Part shown: positions 1-9,640 of the stretch, in pieces
Position numbering within the stretch: position 1 is the stretch's first letter
Layout: each line of letters starts with the position of its first letter
Origin: Oscillospiraceae bacterium
GTDB lineage: Bacteria > Bacillota > Clostridia > Oscillospirales > CAG-272
DNA: 64,000 bases
Reading direction: 5' to 3'
Assembly (NCBI GenBank): GCA_015064725.1
Contig: SVRQ01000010.1
Span: 674 to 64,673, forward strand
Translations under genes and position numbers: made by a program
The notes under the pieces: generated by a model
Database searches by the model: none
Seen by the model: the letters and a program-made list of their open reading frames with translations, nothing else
What the model was told of the DNA's origin: nothing

Positions 1-469
1 CCACCACGCCAATTGTAAACTGAAGCGTATCGAACACAGGATACGTTGCAGTCCGGAAAAATACCGCAAGCCCAAAATAGCAAAGTGCCCATCCCGAAAG
101 TATCACGCCGATAACAAAGCAAAGGCGCTTTATTCCCAAAGTTTTCAGCCTTGTATCGCCCGAAGCATTTTTCTTTCTGCTCCAGTTAAAAAAGGAATAT
201 ATCTGTATCGGTGCGGAAATTGCGAGCGCAGACACTGCGGAAAAATAAAGCCCCTCCGTAAGATATACAGCTCCGTATATTGCGGAGTTTACACCGCCGA
301 GAAGAAACGCATATCGGTTTGCACGCACAAGAAGTATCTGCACAATAAGCGTAACGAGAGTCGGCAAGGTCTTAAAAAAGCTCTGTTCCTTGATGAATGC
401 AAAAATTATTATAAGAACCGCCGCAAGTGCCATCGGGACGTAATCTATAAATATTTTTTTGGGTTTCAC
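1..469 (-). CDS. pnuC: PnuC-like nicotinamide riboside transporter (3' part runs off the window)
   Basis: Absent from the ORF track because no stop lies in the window. Hand reverse-translation from GTG 467-469 (GGAG about 10 nt upstream) gives VKPKKIFIDYVPMALAAVLIIIFAF...GLYFSAVSALAISAPIQIYSFFNWSRKK... This is polytopic and has the aromatic/Trp loop pattern I associate with PnuC. An alternative ATG lies at 433. Confidence 0.45.
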   Translation of the reverse strand, partial: MKPKKIFIDYVPMALAAVLIIIFAFIKEQSFFKTLPTLVTLIVQILLVRANRYAFLLGGVNSAIYGAVYLTEGLYFSAVSALAISAPIQIYSFFNWSRKKNASGDTRLKTLGIKRLCFVIGVILSGWALCYFGLAVFFRTATYPVFDTLQFTIGVV

Positions 470-484
470 CTTAACTTATCTCCA

Positions 485-2698
485 TCAAGCAATCTTCACA
501 AGCTTAAAGATAAACGTTTTGAAGTCGCCCGGCATCTTTTGGTCAAGGGTTTTAAGATTTATAACAAGACCCACGTTCATTATCGCAGCACCGGAAAGAC
601 GCATTTTAAGCTCGTATTCCTCGTTTACGACCTCATAAATTGCGTTCTTGTCAAGTCCGCGGGGGAATATGCGCTTGTGCTCGTCGTTCGGGCGGCACAG
701 CGCACGCATAACCGTGATATGAGCACGGCTCTTATCTTTGGAAACGATCATCTGTGCAAAATAATTCGATTCAAATGTGTTTTCGAGTCTGTAAAGGTCA
801 CCCTCAAGTACAAGATCCTGCATTTCCTTATAGTCCGCAACCTGAGTTTTTACTTCCCCTATTTCCTCGGAAGTTATCTTTGTTGTATCAAGCTCATATC
901 CCGTTGCACCAAGATGAGCAATATCCGCGCGCGTTTTGAACGGAAGAGTTCTGTTCGTCTGGTGGTTAGGGCAGATGGACGTATGGCAGGAGATCGCGGA
1001 AAGCGGATAGAATATCGACGTGCCGTGCTGTATCTGCGTGCGCATATACGCGTCGGTATCATCGCTCGCCCAGATCTGCGGGAAATAGTAAAGTACCGCG
1101 GGGTCAAAGCGTCCGCCGCCGCCCGCGCAGCCCTCAAAGAAGATATGCGGGAAGCCGTTTACAAGACGCTCGCAAATATCATAAAAGCCGAGAGCATAGC
1201 GATGGTGCAGCTCCTGCTCTCTTTCTGCAGGAAGCGCACGGGAGAAGTTTTCCGTGAGCGCACGGTTAAAGTCCCATTTAACGTAATCTATCTCATTTTC
1301 GCGGAGTATCTTAGAAACAGCCTCCACTATGTAATCACGAACGTCTGCGCGCGTAATATCGAGCACAAGCTGTCTGCGTGCAACGCAAGGTTCGACGCCC
1401 GGCACACTTATTGCCCAATCGGGATGAGCGCGGAAAAGGTCGCTGTCGGGGTTGACCATTTCAGGCTCGAACCATATGCCGAATTTCATTCCCGCTTTGT
1501 GCGCGTGGTCGATAATGGGCGCAAGTCCTTCCGGGTAAACGTCCTTTGAAACGACCCAGTCACCAAGACCGGCACGGTCATTTCTGCGCGCGCCGAACCA
1601 ACCATCGTCAAGCACAAAAGTATCTATGCCCGTTCCCTTGACCGCGTCTATAATAGGCATAAGGCGCGCGGGAGACGGATCGAAATAAACCGCTTCCCAG
1701 CTGTTGATAACAATGGGACGGGGCTTCTTTACGTATCTGGGATTTATAAGGTGGTTTCTGTACGCATCGTGGAACTCGCGCGACATACCGCCGATGCCCT
1801 CATCGGAGAACGCAAGAACCGCTTCGGGTGTTGCAAACGTTTCGCCCGCATCAAGCACCCAGCAGAAATCGAAATCGTTTATACCGCCCGTAAGGCGTGT
1901 ATAGCCCTTTGTGCTAACCTGTGCTTTAAGCACAAAGGAGGTGGAATATATAAGGCTCACACCGAGTGCGTTTCCGCGTTCCTCCGTTGTATCCCTGTCA
2001 AGCAGCGCAAAGGCGGGGGCGTGATGGCGCGTGGAGGAGCCGGATTTTTCATCTATCATAAGAGTGCCGTGGGGCAGATGCGTGCGTTCGGGTCTGTTCT
2101 CTCTTCCCCAAGCGTTTTCAAGTGTAAGCAGGTCGTGGTCGTTGCCGTAAACGTCGAGCGCAAAACTGTATGCGCGAAGGATCTTCACACTCTCTGCCGT
2201 TCTGTTTTCAACCTCCATACGGCGCGCCACAACAGCGGCGTCATCGTAAACGGTATAGAAAAGATGCACGCGCATTTCGGAATTTTTATCTTTCAGCGTA
2301 AGCTTCAGAGTTTCGCCGCCGCGCATAGAGGGCATTCCTGAAAGCGCCGGCTTTTCGGGGAGTATCTCGTGCGTTTCATAATTAAAATCGTTAATTCTGC
2401 TTCCGCTTCCGAAGAGCATTGAAAAGGAGCATTCGCGTAATTCTCCGTTACCGTAAAAGGAAAATTCGCTGCGGTACAGATTATAGGACTTTCCGCCCGC
2501 GTGTATCTGTCCGGGAAGCGCCGTATCTGCGGAATCGCCGATATTATGCTCCGTAGTATAGCGAAGCTCATCGCGGCCGATGCGCGTTCCAAAATAGTAA
2601 TGCTCCGGGAAATTCGTTTCGTTTATGCCGAAAACGTATGATATTCCCTTACCCTCAAGATAAAATGTCTTTGTTTCTTCATTATAAAAAATAGCCAT
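485..2698 (-). CDS. alpha-galactosidase, glycoside hydrolase family 36
   Basis: 737-aa ORF. GH36 hallmarks are readable in the translation (FVLDDGWFGARRNDRAGLGDW, YVKWDFNR). Size is typical of AgaA-type enzymes. Confidence 0.85.
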   Translation of the reverse strand: MAIFYNEETKTFYLEGKGISYVFGINETNFPEHYYFGTRIGRDELRYTTEHNIGDSADTALPGQIHAGGKSYNLYRSEFSFYGNGELRECSFSMLFGSGSRINDFNYETHEILPEKPALSGMPSMRGGETLKLTLKDKNSEMRVHLFYTVYDDAAVVARRMEVENRTAESVKILRAYSFALDVYGNDHDLLTLENAWGRENRPERTHLPHGTLMIDEKSGSSTRHHAPAFALLDRDTTEERGNALGVSLIYSTSFVLKAQVSTKGYTRLTGGINDFDFCWVLDAGETFATPEAVLAFSDEGIGGMSREFHDAYRNHLINPRYVKKPRPIVINSWEAVYFDPSPARLMPIIDAVKGTGIDTFVLDDGWFGARRNDRAGLGDWVVSKDVYPEGLAPIIDHAHKAGMKFGIWFEPEMVNPDSDLFRAHPDWAISVPGVEPCVARRQLVLDITRADVRDYIVEAVSKILRENEIDYVKWDFNRALTENFSRALPAEREQELHHRYALGFYDICERLVNGFPHIFFEGCAGGGGRFDPAVLYYFPQIWASDDTDAYMRTQIQHGTSIFYPLSAISCHTSICPNHQTNRTLPFKTRADIAHLGATGYELDTTKITSEEIGEVKTQVADYKEMQDLVLEGDLYRLENTFESNYFAQMIVSKDKSRAHITVMRALCRPNDEHKRIFPRGLDKNAIYEVVNEEYELKMRLSGAAIMNVGLVINLKTLDQKMPGDFKTFIFKLVKIA

Positions 2699-2812
2699 AT
2701 TACATTCCTTTCAAAAGGCTTTTTTCTGTTTAAATAATACCATTATCGGAGCAAAAAGTCAACATAAACACCAATTTATAGAAAATTTACAAAGTATTTT
2801 TTTATAAATACA

Positions 2813-2841
2813 TTGCATAAGAGATTTTTTTATGTTATAAT
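2813..2841 (+). promoter_or_regulatory. sigma-A type promoter upstream of the ADP-ribosylglycohydrolase gene
   Basis: TTGCAT (2813-2818), 17-nt spacer, TATAAT (2836-2841), with TGt immediately 5' of the -10 (extended -10). Confidence 0.5.
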
Positions 2842-2901
2842 GTATTCGTAATAGTTTGTGAAGCACAAACACAATATTTTCAATATGGAGGATTGATCAC
2901 T

Positions 2902-4023
2902 ATGTACATCAACAACGATGTTCTCCAGCCCGATAAGCTGGAAGAAATACTTGCTCTTCGCCCCGAAGGCGCAGACATTGCACCCAAAAAAGTAGAAAAT
3001 CTTGAAAACCGTATGAAAGGCGCGCTTATCGGTCGTTTTGCAGGCTGCATTCTCGGTATCCCCGTAGAAATGTACTCTGTTGCAAGAATGCAGGCAGTTG
3101 CTATCGAAAGCGGTATGGCTTTCCCTCCCCAGACATACTGGAAAGGCACAGACCAGCCCGAAAAGATCCACTACCAGACAAACAAGAGAACAGAATACCT
3201 TGAAGAAAACATAGACAAGGTTCCCGTTGACGATGACATTACATACGTTATCCTCAACCTTCTCTGCCTTGAAAAATACGGCAAGAACTACACAGTAGAA
3301 GATATGGGCAAGCTCTGGCTCGATATTCTTCCCATCGCTTGCACAGCGGAAGATGAAGCTCTCCAGCAGATGCGTGCCGGCACAAGAGCAGAATGCGCAG
3401 CAAACTTCAACAACTACATCGAGCTTATCGGTGCAGCTATCCGTGCCGATGCTTTCGGTTACGTTGAAGCAGGCGACCCCGTTGCCGCTGCAAAGCTTTC
3501 CTACAACGATGCTTACCTTACACACAGAAAGAACGGTATCTACGGCGAAATGTTCTGCGCAGCAGCAGTTGCAGCAGCTTTCACAGCAGAAACACCCCTT
3601 GATGCCATCAAAGTTGCTATGACTCAGATCCCCAAGGAATCCGAGCTTTACCAGGCTCTTGAATGGGCATTCTCCGTTGAAGACAAGGTTACAAACTATC
3701 TGCGCGCTCGCGAGCTCCTCGACGAAAAGTTCAAGAGAATGAGCCCTGTTCACACCATCAACAATATGTGCGCTATCGTATTCTCCTTTATGCTCGGCGG
3801 AAACGATTTCCAGAAGTGCATCAGCGAATGCGTTGCTATCGGTCTTGACAATGACTGCACAGGTGCAACTGTTGGTTCTATCGCAGGTGCTTGCCTCGGC
3901 TTCGACGCTATCCCCGAATATTGGTACAAGAACTTCAACGATACTGTTGTAACATACCTCACAGGCTATGAAAAGCTCTCTCTTACAGACGTTATCAACC
4001 GTTTCGTTGCTCTTAACGACTGA
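2902..4023 (+). CDS. ADP-ribosylglycohydrolase family protein
   Basis: ORF 2893..4023. ATG 2902 is preferred (GGAGG at 2887-2891). Family signatures: GALIGRFAGCILGIPVE near the N-terminus and GLDNDCTGATVGSIAGACLG near the C-terminus. Confidence 0.75.
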   Translation: MYINNDVLQPDKLEEILALRPEGADIAPKKVENLENRMKGALIGRFAGCILGIPVEMYSVARMQAVAIESGMAFPPQTYWKGTDQPEKIHYQTNKRTEYLEENIDKVPVDDDITYVILNLLCLEKYGKNYTVEDMGKLWLDILPIACTAEDEALQQMRAGTRAECAANFNNYIELIGAAIRADAFGYVEAGDPVAAAKLSYNDAYLTHRKNGIYGEMFCAAAVAAAFTAETPLDAIKVAMTQIPKESELYQALEWAFSVEDKVTNYLRARELLDEKFKRMSPVHTINNMCAIVFSFMLGGNDFQKCISECVAIGLDNDCTGATVGSIAGACLGFDAIPEYWYKNFNDTVVTYLTGYEKLSLTDVINRFVALND

Positions 4024-4041
4024 GTTTAAAATTTCACAAAC

Positions 4042-4073
4042 AAAAATCCGCAGAAAATTCTGCGGATTTTTTC
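4042..4073. terminator. bidirectional intrinsic terminator between convergent genes
   Basis: Stem atccgcag / ctgcggat with a 6-nt loop, A-run on the 5' side and T-run on the 3' side. It lies between stop 4023 (+) and stop 4080 (-). Confidence 0.7.
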
Positions 4074-4079
4074 TATTGC

Positions 4080-5045
4080 TCAATAATTTTCTATTTCTAT
4101 CTCTATGTCGCCCGTGCTTGTTTTTATTTCGCACGCGCCGCCGCTACGGCTGTTAGGCACGCGCACGTCTCCCGTGGAGGTATGAGTTGTAAATATCTTT
4201 TCGGAAAGCAAGGTTCCCGTAACGTCGCCCGTGCTTGTGCGAACGTATATCGTGTCTGCATCGGAACGAGCGAAATGAACGTCACCCGTATCGCTTATTA
4301 CATTGAGCTTTCCCAAAACTTCTGTATGCTCAAGCAAAACGTCGCCGGTGTCGCTTTCCACGCTCATATTGTCGGCACTCACATCCGCTATATGTATCTT
4401 GCCCGTATCCGTTTCCACGCCGAGCTTACCTTCTATATTAGCGTTATATATATTTATATTTCCCGTATCCGTGTCAACACTCAAGCTGTTAACATCAAGC
4501 TTTTCCGCAAAAATATCTCCTGTGTCAGTTGAAACAGAGATCTTTTCGGCTTTTGCAAAAACTTTAATATCTCCCGTATCGGATTCTATATCTATGTTAT
4601 CAAAAACAAAATTTTCGGAAATATTCACGTCTCCTGTGTCAGTTTCTATAGACAGTTTTTCAAATTCCGTCTTGGAAAGCCTGAGCGTAATGCTTTCATC
4701 TCTGCCGAAAAAGATACCTATATTATCATACCATCTTCTTTCCGTTTCTTTTATATAAAGTGTGCCGTCCTTTACATATACGGAATGCTTGCGGTTTTCT
4801 CTTTCAAAGCATTCGACCGCGCTCTCGGTGCTGTCCGACAAAATAAACGTCACATCGGAAACATCGGTTTCTATAACGATGTTTTCAAATTCCTTGCCTA
4901 TATCGTGTACTGTTTCTTGGTATTTTGCCGTATTGAAAGCGGAAAAGTCAAACTTGACCGCGATCAGCACCAGACCGCAAATAATTATTCCCGCAAAGCA
5001 CAGCGCCAAAGCTACTATAATTGCATTTCTTGTACTTTTTTTCAT
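4080..5045 (-). CDS. DUF4097-family beta-repeat protein (LiaG-like putative adhesin), membrane anchored
   Basis: 321 aa. N-terminal TM helix followed by many ~20-aa repeats ending (E/S/V)(T/S)DTGD(V/I). ATGA overlap with the upstream DUF1700 gene. Confidence 0.75.
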   Translation of the reverse strand: MKKSTRNAIIVALALCFAGIIICGLVLIAVKFDFSAFNTAKYQETVHDIGKEFENIVIETDVSDVTFILSDSTESAVECFERENRKHSVYVKDGTLYIKETERRWYDNIGIFFGRDESITLRLSKTEFEKLSIETDTGDVNISENFVFDNIDIESDTGDIKVFAKAEKISVSTDTGDIFAEKLDVNSLSVDTDTGNINIYNANIEGKLGVETDTGKIHIADVSADNMSVESDTGDVLLEHTEVLGKLNVISDTGDVHFARSDADTIYVRTSTGDVTGTLLSEKIFTTHTSTGDVRVPNSRSGGACEIKTSTGDIEIEIENY

Positions 5046-5650
5046 TTTACTGCCTCCTTTTTAGTAAATATAGATATTATTCCTTTAAAGATAACGCGGC
5101 AAAGCCTGCACATAGCTTTTGTCAAGGCTATGCAGCCGTAAAAGCCGAATATACCAATGCCCGCAAGAAGCACCCCCGCACCAAGCAAAAATACGCCCGT
5201 GCTTATATTCCCCGCAAAAAAACATATCGGAAAAGCTATCACACCCGCAAACGCACAGGCAAGGACAGCAACCTCCGCAGCGTAAAGCGAGATCACGCAA
5301 GCCCACAAAGAAATATAAACGGCGATAACGATGCTCACAGCCGCCAAAAGGAGGGAAAGCCAAAGCGGTGCGCCCAAAACGATGAGCACTATCTCCCACG
5401 CGCGCAGAGTGCGTTTGGGTTTGGGGCGGTCCGTTTCTTTAACAAGCTTTTCAAGAGACATTCCTCCAAGTGCCTCTGCGGCAATATCCGCAGGCGAGCC
5501 TACAGCCGCCACAGCCTCCTCCTCGGAAAGTCCCTCCTCCATACGGTCGTCTATAATTTCCGAATAATATTCAAGCGTCGCCGCCGCGTCATCCGAAGGC
5601 ATTACGGACGTGCGCCATTTTAATTCCGCCAAAAATTCACGTTTAGTCAT
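5042..5650 (-). CDS. DUF1700-type membrane protein
   Basis: Soluble N-terminal head (MTKREFLAELKWRTSVMPSDDAAATLEYYSEIIDDRMEEGLSEEEAV) followed by C-terminal TM helices. It overlaps the PadR gene stop. PadR-DUF1700-DUF4097 is a recurrent operon. Confidence 0.7.
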   Translation of the reverse strand: MTKREFLAELKWRTSVMPSDDAAATLEYYSEIIDDRMEEGLSEEEAVAAVGSPADIAAEALGGMSLEKLVKETDRPKPKRTLRAWEIVLIVLGAPLWLSLLLAAVSIVIAVYISLWACVISLYAAEVAVLACAFAGVIAFPICFFAGNISTGVFLLGAGVLLAGIGIFGFYGCIALTKAMCRLCRVIFKGIISIFTKKEAVK

Positions 5651-5963
5651 TATTCCTCTCCTCCCTCGTTATAAAATTATATATAGCAAGTATCTCTTTC
5701 CATTCTTCCTTGAATTCTTCTATCCGCGAAAGCCCCTGCTGTGTGATGTGATAATATTTTCGCAATCTTCCGTTGTGCTCCGCAGAATGTACCGTCAAAA
5801 GCTGTGCTCCCTCCAATCTTCGGAGGATGGGATAGAGCGTGGATTCCGATATCTCGGCATATGGCTTTATATCTTTTATTATTTTGTATCCGTAGGAGTC
5901 CTCGTTTTTTATCGCCGAAAGGACAAGAATGTCCAAAAGTCCTCTTTTTATCTGAACATCCAT
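5643..5963 (-). CDS. PadR family transcriptional regulator
   Basis: 106 aa winged-helix protein. LDILVLSAIKNEDSYGYKIIKDIK...STLYPILRRLE matches the PadR pattern. Confidence 0.85.
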   Translation of the reverse strand: MDVQIKRGLLDILVLSAIKNEDSYGYKIIKDIKPYAEISESTLYPILRRLEGAQLLTVHSAEHNGRLRKYYHITQQGLSRIEEFKEEWKEILAIYNFITREERNND

Positions 5964-6013
5964 AGCAATACCTCCTTATGTATAATACTATACCACGCAT
6001 AGTATATTTTGTC

Positions 6014-6051
6014 AAGAAAAAAATAAGAGTATATGCAAAACATATACTCTT
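6014..6051 (-). terminator. intrinsic terminator after the HAD hydrolase gene
   Basis: Stem aagagtatatg / catatactctt (6025-6051) with a 5-nt loop. On the minus strand it is followed by a T-run (plus-strand A-run 6014-6023). Confidence 0.65.
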
Positions 6052-6057
6052 TATATC

Positions 6058-6864
6058 TTATTTATCGTAAACGCCTGCGATACCGCCGACATCCTTCATA
6101 ATATATTTGGGTCGGTACGGGAATTTTTCAAGGTCTGCAAGTGTTGTAACACCGGAAAGAACAAGAACCGTGTCTATTTCCGTTTCGATACCAGCGATAA
6201 TATCCGTATCCATTCTGTCACCGATAAGGACCGCATCGACTCTGTGGCAGCCGAGCTTTTTAAGCGCGTGGCGCATCATAAGCGGATTTGGCTTGCCGAT
6301 ATAATAAGCCTTTCTGCCTGTCGTAAGCTCGATGGGGGAAATAAGCGCGCGGCACGCCGGAACGATACCGTTTTCGGAAGGGTCAACAAGGTCGCTGTTC
6401 GTACCGATAAGCTTCGCGCCGTTCATAATAAGACGGGAAGCCTTCTCTATCTGCTCATAGTTAAGGGATTTGCTTGAACCGAAAACAACGTAATCAGGGT
6501 TAACGTCGTTCATACTGAAGCCCGCTTCGTACATAGCATATGTAAGACCCGGCTCTCCGATAACGTAAGCGGAACCACCCTCGCACTGGCTGGCAAGGAA
6601 AGACGCCGTTGCCTGTGCGCTTGTATAAAAATGCTCCTGACCTACGTTAAGACCCATTCTGCCAAGCTTCTGCGCAAGCTCTCTGGGGGAACGGCCCGAG
6701 CCGTTCGTCAAGAAAAGATAATTCTTTTCGTTTTTCTCAAGCCAATCTATAAATTCCTTTACGTGAGGAATAAGTTTATTTCCGTGGTATATAACACCGT
6801 CCATATCACAGATAAAATTCTTCTTGCTTCTGAGCACTTCATATTTTTCGTTGTCCATATTCAT
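6058..6864 (-). CDS. HAD-IIA family sugar phosphatase (NagD-like)
   Basis: 268 aa. HAD motif I in FICDMDGVIY, TN(G) motif in FLTNGSG, GKP motif (YYIGKPNP) and GDRxxTD motif (IGDRMDTDI). Confidence 0.8.
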   Translation of the reverse strand: MNMDNEKYEVLRSKKNFICDMDGVIYHGNKLIPHVKEFIDWLEKNEKNYLFLTNGSGRSPRELAQKLGRMGLNVGQEHFYTSAQATASFLASQCEGGSAYVIGEPGLTYAMYEAGFSMNDVNPDYVVFGSSKSLNYEQIEKASRLIMNGAKLIGTNSDLVDPSENGIVPACRALISPIELTTGRKAYYIGKPNPLMMRHALKKLGCHRVDAVLIGDRMDTDIIAGIETEIDTVLVLSGVTTLADLEKFPYRPKYIMKDVGGIAGVYDK

Positions 6865-6937
6865 AGAGGTATCCTTTCTGTCGATAGCTATCTCTTATAT
6901 TCTAACATAAAACGCCATTCTTGGCAAGAGCAAAATG

Positions 6938-6973
6938 CAAAAAACGTCTGCGGCACACCGCAGACGTTTTTAT
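6938..6973 (-). terminator. intrinsic terminator after lysC
   Basis: Stem acgtctgcg / cgcagacgt flanked by an A-run and a T-run, directly downstream of stop 6978. Confidence 0.7.
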
Positions 6974-6977
6974 TTCG

Positions 6978-8291
6978 TCAGATCCAATCTACGCTCTTGA
7001 AATCATCATAAAGGGCTTTGATAGCCTTCTGATAATTATTGTTGTCAACGCCGACGATGATATTCGTTTCATCCGGCGGCTGTGCGATCATCTTGATATT
7101 GATTCCCACAGCAGAGAGAGATGCGAATATTCTTGCACAGATACCGCTTTTACCTACCATATTTCTGCCGACAATAGCAATAAGAGCCATTTCTTTCTTT
7201 GCTCTTACCTTTGCGCCAAGCTCGCTTTCGATCTTGGAAACGATATCGTACATACAGCCCGCAACGGAAGCGCCGGAAACGATAACGCTTGCGGAATCTA
7301 TACCCGTGGGGATATGCTCAACGTTTATCTTGTAATCCTCGAATATTTCAAGCACGCGGCGCGTAAAGCCGATCTCCGTGGACATATGGTCCTTGAGGAT
7401 ATCGAAGGAAACAAAGTCCTTTTTGCCGGAAATACCCGTTATAATGGAGCTGTCATCGTTGCAATCGCGCTTGATGATCGTGCCGGGGCAGGAGGGTTCG
7501 TTGGTGTTTCTTATATTGATGGAGATATTCTTTTCCTGCAAGGGAGAGATGCTGTCCTCGTGAAGAACGTTTGCGCCCATATAGGAAAGCTCACGAAGCT
7601 CAGTATAAGTGATCTGGGAGATCGTTTTGGGATTTTCCACGATTCTGGGGTCTGCGGCAAGAGTACCGGGAACGTCCGTCCAGTTTTCATAGATCCTTGC
7701 ATCCAAAAATCTTGCAAGGTAAGAGCCTGTTATATCGGAGCCGCCGCGGGAGAACAGACAAATATCCCCGTTGGGGTAAGAACCGTAGAAGCCGGGAACA
7801 ACGATATTTCCGTGGCTGGAAAAAGCTTTCTTTGCGTTCTGCTCGCTTCTTTCAAGGTCAACCGTGCCGCTGTATGTGAAGCGGATGATATCCTTGGAGT
7901 CAACGAAGTCAAAGCCAAGGTAAGAGCTCATAAGCTTAGCGGCAAGGTATTCGCCGCGGCTGATAAGGTAGTTTTGGTCCATTCCCTTTTTAAGCTGGGA
8001 TTTTATGCGCGCAAGCTCGGAGGCTATGTCGCAATCAAGACCGAGATCTTCTTCGATCTCGAGATATCTGCCTTCGATCATACCCCAGATATCTCCGTAG
8101 GGTACGCCGTACTGAAGGTGCGTGTGAAGTGTGTAAAGAAGGTCTGTTATTTTTACGTCATCGCTTGTTTTCTTGCCCGGCGCAGAAACGACAACGACCT
8201 GACGTTCGGGCTTTGCATCGATGATGCTCTTAACTTTTTTAAACTGTTCGGCACTCGCCATAGATGTGCCGCCGAATTTTGTAACTATCAT
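6978..8291 (-). CDS. lysC: aspartate kinase
   Basis: ORF 6978..8351. ATG 8291 is chosen (GGAG RBS; gives MIVTKFGGTSMASAEQF with the aspartokinase KFGGTS motif). The C-terminal half has ACT-like segments. It follows lysA in the same operon. Confidence 0.9.
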   Translation of the reverse strand: MIVTKFGGTSMASAEQFKKVKSIIDAKPERQVVVVSAPGKKTSDDVKITDLLYTLHTHLQYGVPYGDIWGMIEGRYLEIEEDLGLDCDIASELARIKSQLKKGMDQNYLISRGEYLAAKLMSSYLGFDFVDSKDIIRFTYSGTVDLERSEQNAKKAFSSHGNIVVPGFYGSYPNGDICLFSRGGSDITGSYLARFLDARIYENWTDVPGTLAADPRIVENPKTISQITYTELRELSYMGANVLHEDSISPLQEKNISINIRNTNEPSCPGTIIKRDCNDDSSIITGISGKKDFVSFDILKDHMSTEIGFTRRVLEIFEDYKINVEHIPTGIDSASVIVSGASVAGCMYDIVSKIESELGAKVRAKKEMALIAIVGRNMVGKSGICARIFASLSAVGINIKMIAQPPDETNIIVGVDNNNYQKAIKALYDDFKSVDWI

Positions 8292-8322
8292 ATTTTTTCT
8301 CCGTTCTATCTGATTGTCTGCG

Positions 8323-9618
8323 TCAATTATCAAGCAGGCAAAGGTCTTCAAATGTTTCGCGTCTTACCGCAATCCTCTCTCCGCTTTTGCCTACGAGAAG
8401 CACCGCAGGGCGAGGTATCTTGTTGTAATTTGAAGCCATAGAGTAATTATACGCGCCGGTAACAAGCACGGCAAGCGTATCCCCTCTTTTGGGGCGAGGA
8501 AGCATAACGCCTTCCTGAATAAGGTCGCCGCTTTCGCAGCATCTGCCGGCGATGGAGCATTTGAAATCAGCCTTCTCCTCTGCTCTGTTTGCCAGCATTA
8601 CAGTATATGCGGAACCGTAAAGAGCGTATCTTGGGTTATCGGGCATACCGCCGTCTATGGAAACGTAGTTTTTAAGCTCCCCTATCTCTTTTACGGAGCC
8701 TACCGTATAAAGCGTGATACCTGTATTGGCAACGATACTTCTGCCCGGCTCCATAAGTATCTTCGGCATATCCACGCCGAATTCCTCACAGCGCTTCTTA
8801 ACGTGGGAAGCAACCTGTGCAATATTCGCATCGATATCGATATACGGGTCTTCCTCCGTATATCGAACGCCAAAGCCGCCGCCGAGGTTGAGGAGCTCCG
8901 TTTTAAACGAATATCTCTTTTTAACCTCTGCAACAAAGCCGAGCATAATATCCGCCGCGTCGCAGAAGGGATCGCACTCGAATATCTGCGAGCCAATGTG
9001 GCAATGGAAGCCTTTAAGAACGATATTGCTTCCGGAAAGGGCCATTTCCACCATCTCGTAAGCTCTGCCCGTTTCAATAGCAGAACCGAATTTGGAATCC
9101 ACACTTCCCGTCATTATAGCTTTGTGAGTGTGAGGGTCGATTCCGGGAGTTATGCGGAGAAGTATCTTCTGCATAACGCCGTAAGCCCCCGCTATTTCGC
9201 TTATAGCATCAAGCTCCTCCTCGTTATCAACAACGAAGTAGCCAAGCCCGTTTTTGATAGCGTATTCAATATCCGCGTCCGTCTTGTTGTTGCCGTGGAA
9301 AAACGCTTTTTCAAGCGGAAAGCCTGCTTTTACAGCCGTATAAAGCTCTCCCGAGGAAACTATATCCGTTCCCATACCGCATTTTGCGATAATACGGTAT
9401 ATTTCGGTAAAGCAAAGTGCCTTGGAAGCATAGAGAGGCATCGCACCGCCGCCGAAATGCTTTTCCATAGCGTCGATATACATACGGCAGTTTTCGCGCA
9501 GCTTGTCCTCGTCTATAACGTAGAGCGCCGTGCCGTATTTTTTCGCAAGCTCAACAGTATCATACCCGGCAAAAGCAAGGTGACCCTGTTCGTTTACCGT
9601 AAGATTAGAGTAAAGCAT
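8323..9618 (-). CDS. lysA: diaminopimelate decarboxylase
   Basis: 431 aa. Motifs of the PLP-dependent Orn/DAP/Arg decarboxylase fold: YASKALCF (PLP Lys), HCHIGSQI, LGGGFGV, CESGD. Confidence 0.9.
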   Translation of the reverse strand: MLYSNLTVNEQGHLAFAGYDTVELAKKYGTALYVIDEDKLRENCRMYIDAMEKHFGGGAMPLYASKALCFTEIYRIIAKCGMGTDIVSSGELYTAVKAGFPLEKAFFHGNNKTDADIEYAIKNGLGYFVVDNEEELDAISEIAGAYGVMQKILLRITPGIDPHTHKAIMTGSVDSKFGSAIETGRAYEMVEMALSGSNIVLKGFHCHIGSQIFECDPFCDAADIMLGFVAEVKKRYSFKTELLNLGGGFGVRYTEEDPYIDIDANIAQVASHVKKRCEEFGVDMPKILMEPGRSIVANTGITLYTVGSVKEIGELKNYVSIDGGMPDNPRYALYGSAYTVMLANRAEEKADFKCSIAGRCCESGDLIQEGVMLPRPKRGDTLAVLVTGAYNYSMASNYNKIPRPAVLLVGKSGERIAVRRETFEDLCLLDN

Positions 9619-9640
9619 CTTATTTTCTACTTTCTTATGA

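Noticed and set aside
5975-6010. Imperfect inverted repeat (tataatactat...atagtatatt) upstream of the PadR operon, considered as a possible PadR operator.
   Set aside because: The arms contain several mismatches and overlap a probable -10 region. There is too little evidence to call an operator without comparative data.
8292-8351. Upstream extensions of several track ORFs. Examples: lysC to 8351, secA to 52624, lepB to 47849, GH43 to 37560, PstS-like to 40609, mrpG to 22773, DUF4040 to 22405, rnfG from 25872, tig to 44004.
   Set aside because: The internal starts have canonical RBSs and give family-typical N-termini. The extensions overlap upstream genes or terminators, or contain the RBS itself.
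6921-8441. Long antisense or alternative-frame ORFs opposite well-supported genes. Examples: 6921..8441(+), 10372..11304(+), 13311..14171(+), 15524..16699(+), 28277..29110(-), 33852..34730(-), 35971..36687(+), 40337..42067(+), 43273..43986(+), 49134..50540(+), 51263..52549(+), 58989..59936(-), 60214..60783(-).
   Set aside because: Each lies fully within or opposite a gene with clear family motifs, an RBS and operon context. Their translations are low-complexity (Cys/Arg/Val/Phe-rich) with no recognisable motifs or RBS. Open antisense frames are expected when the sense strand avoids TTA/CTA/TCA codons.
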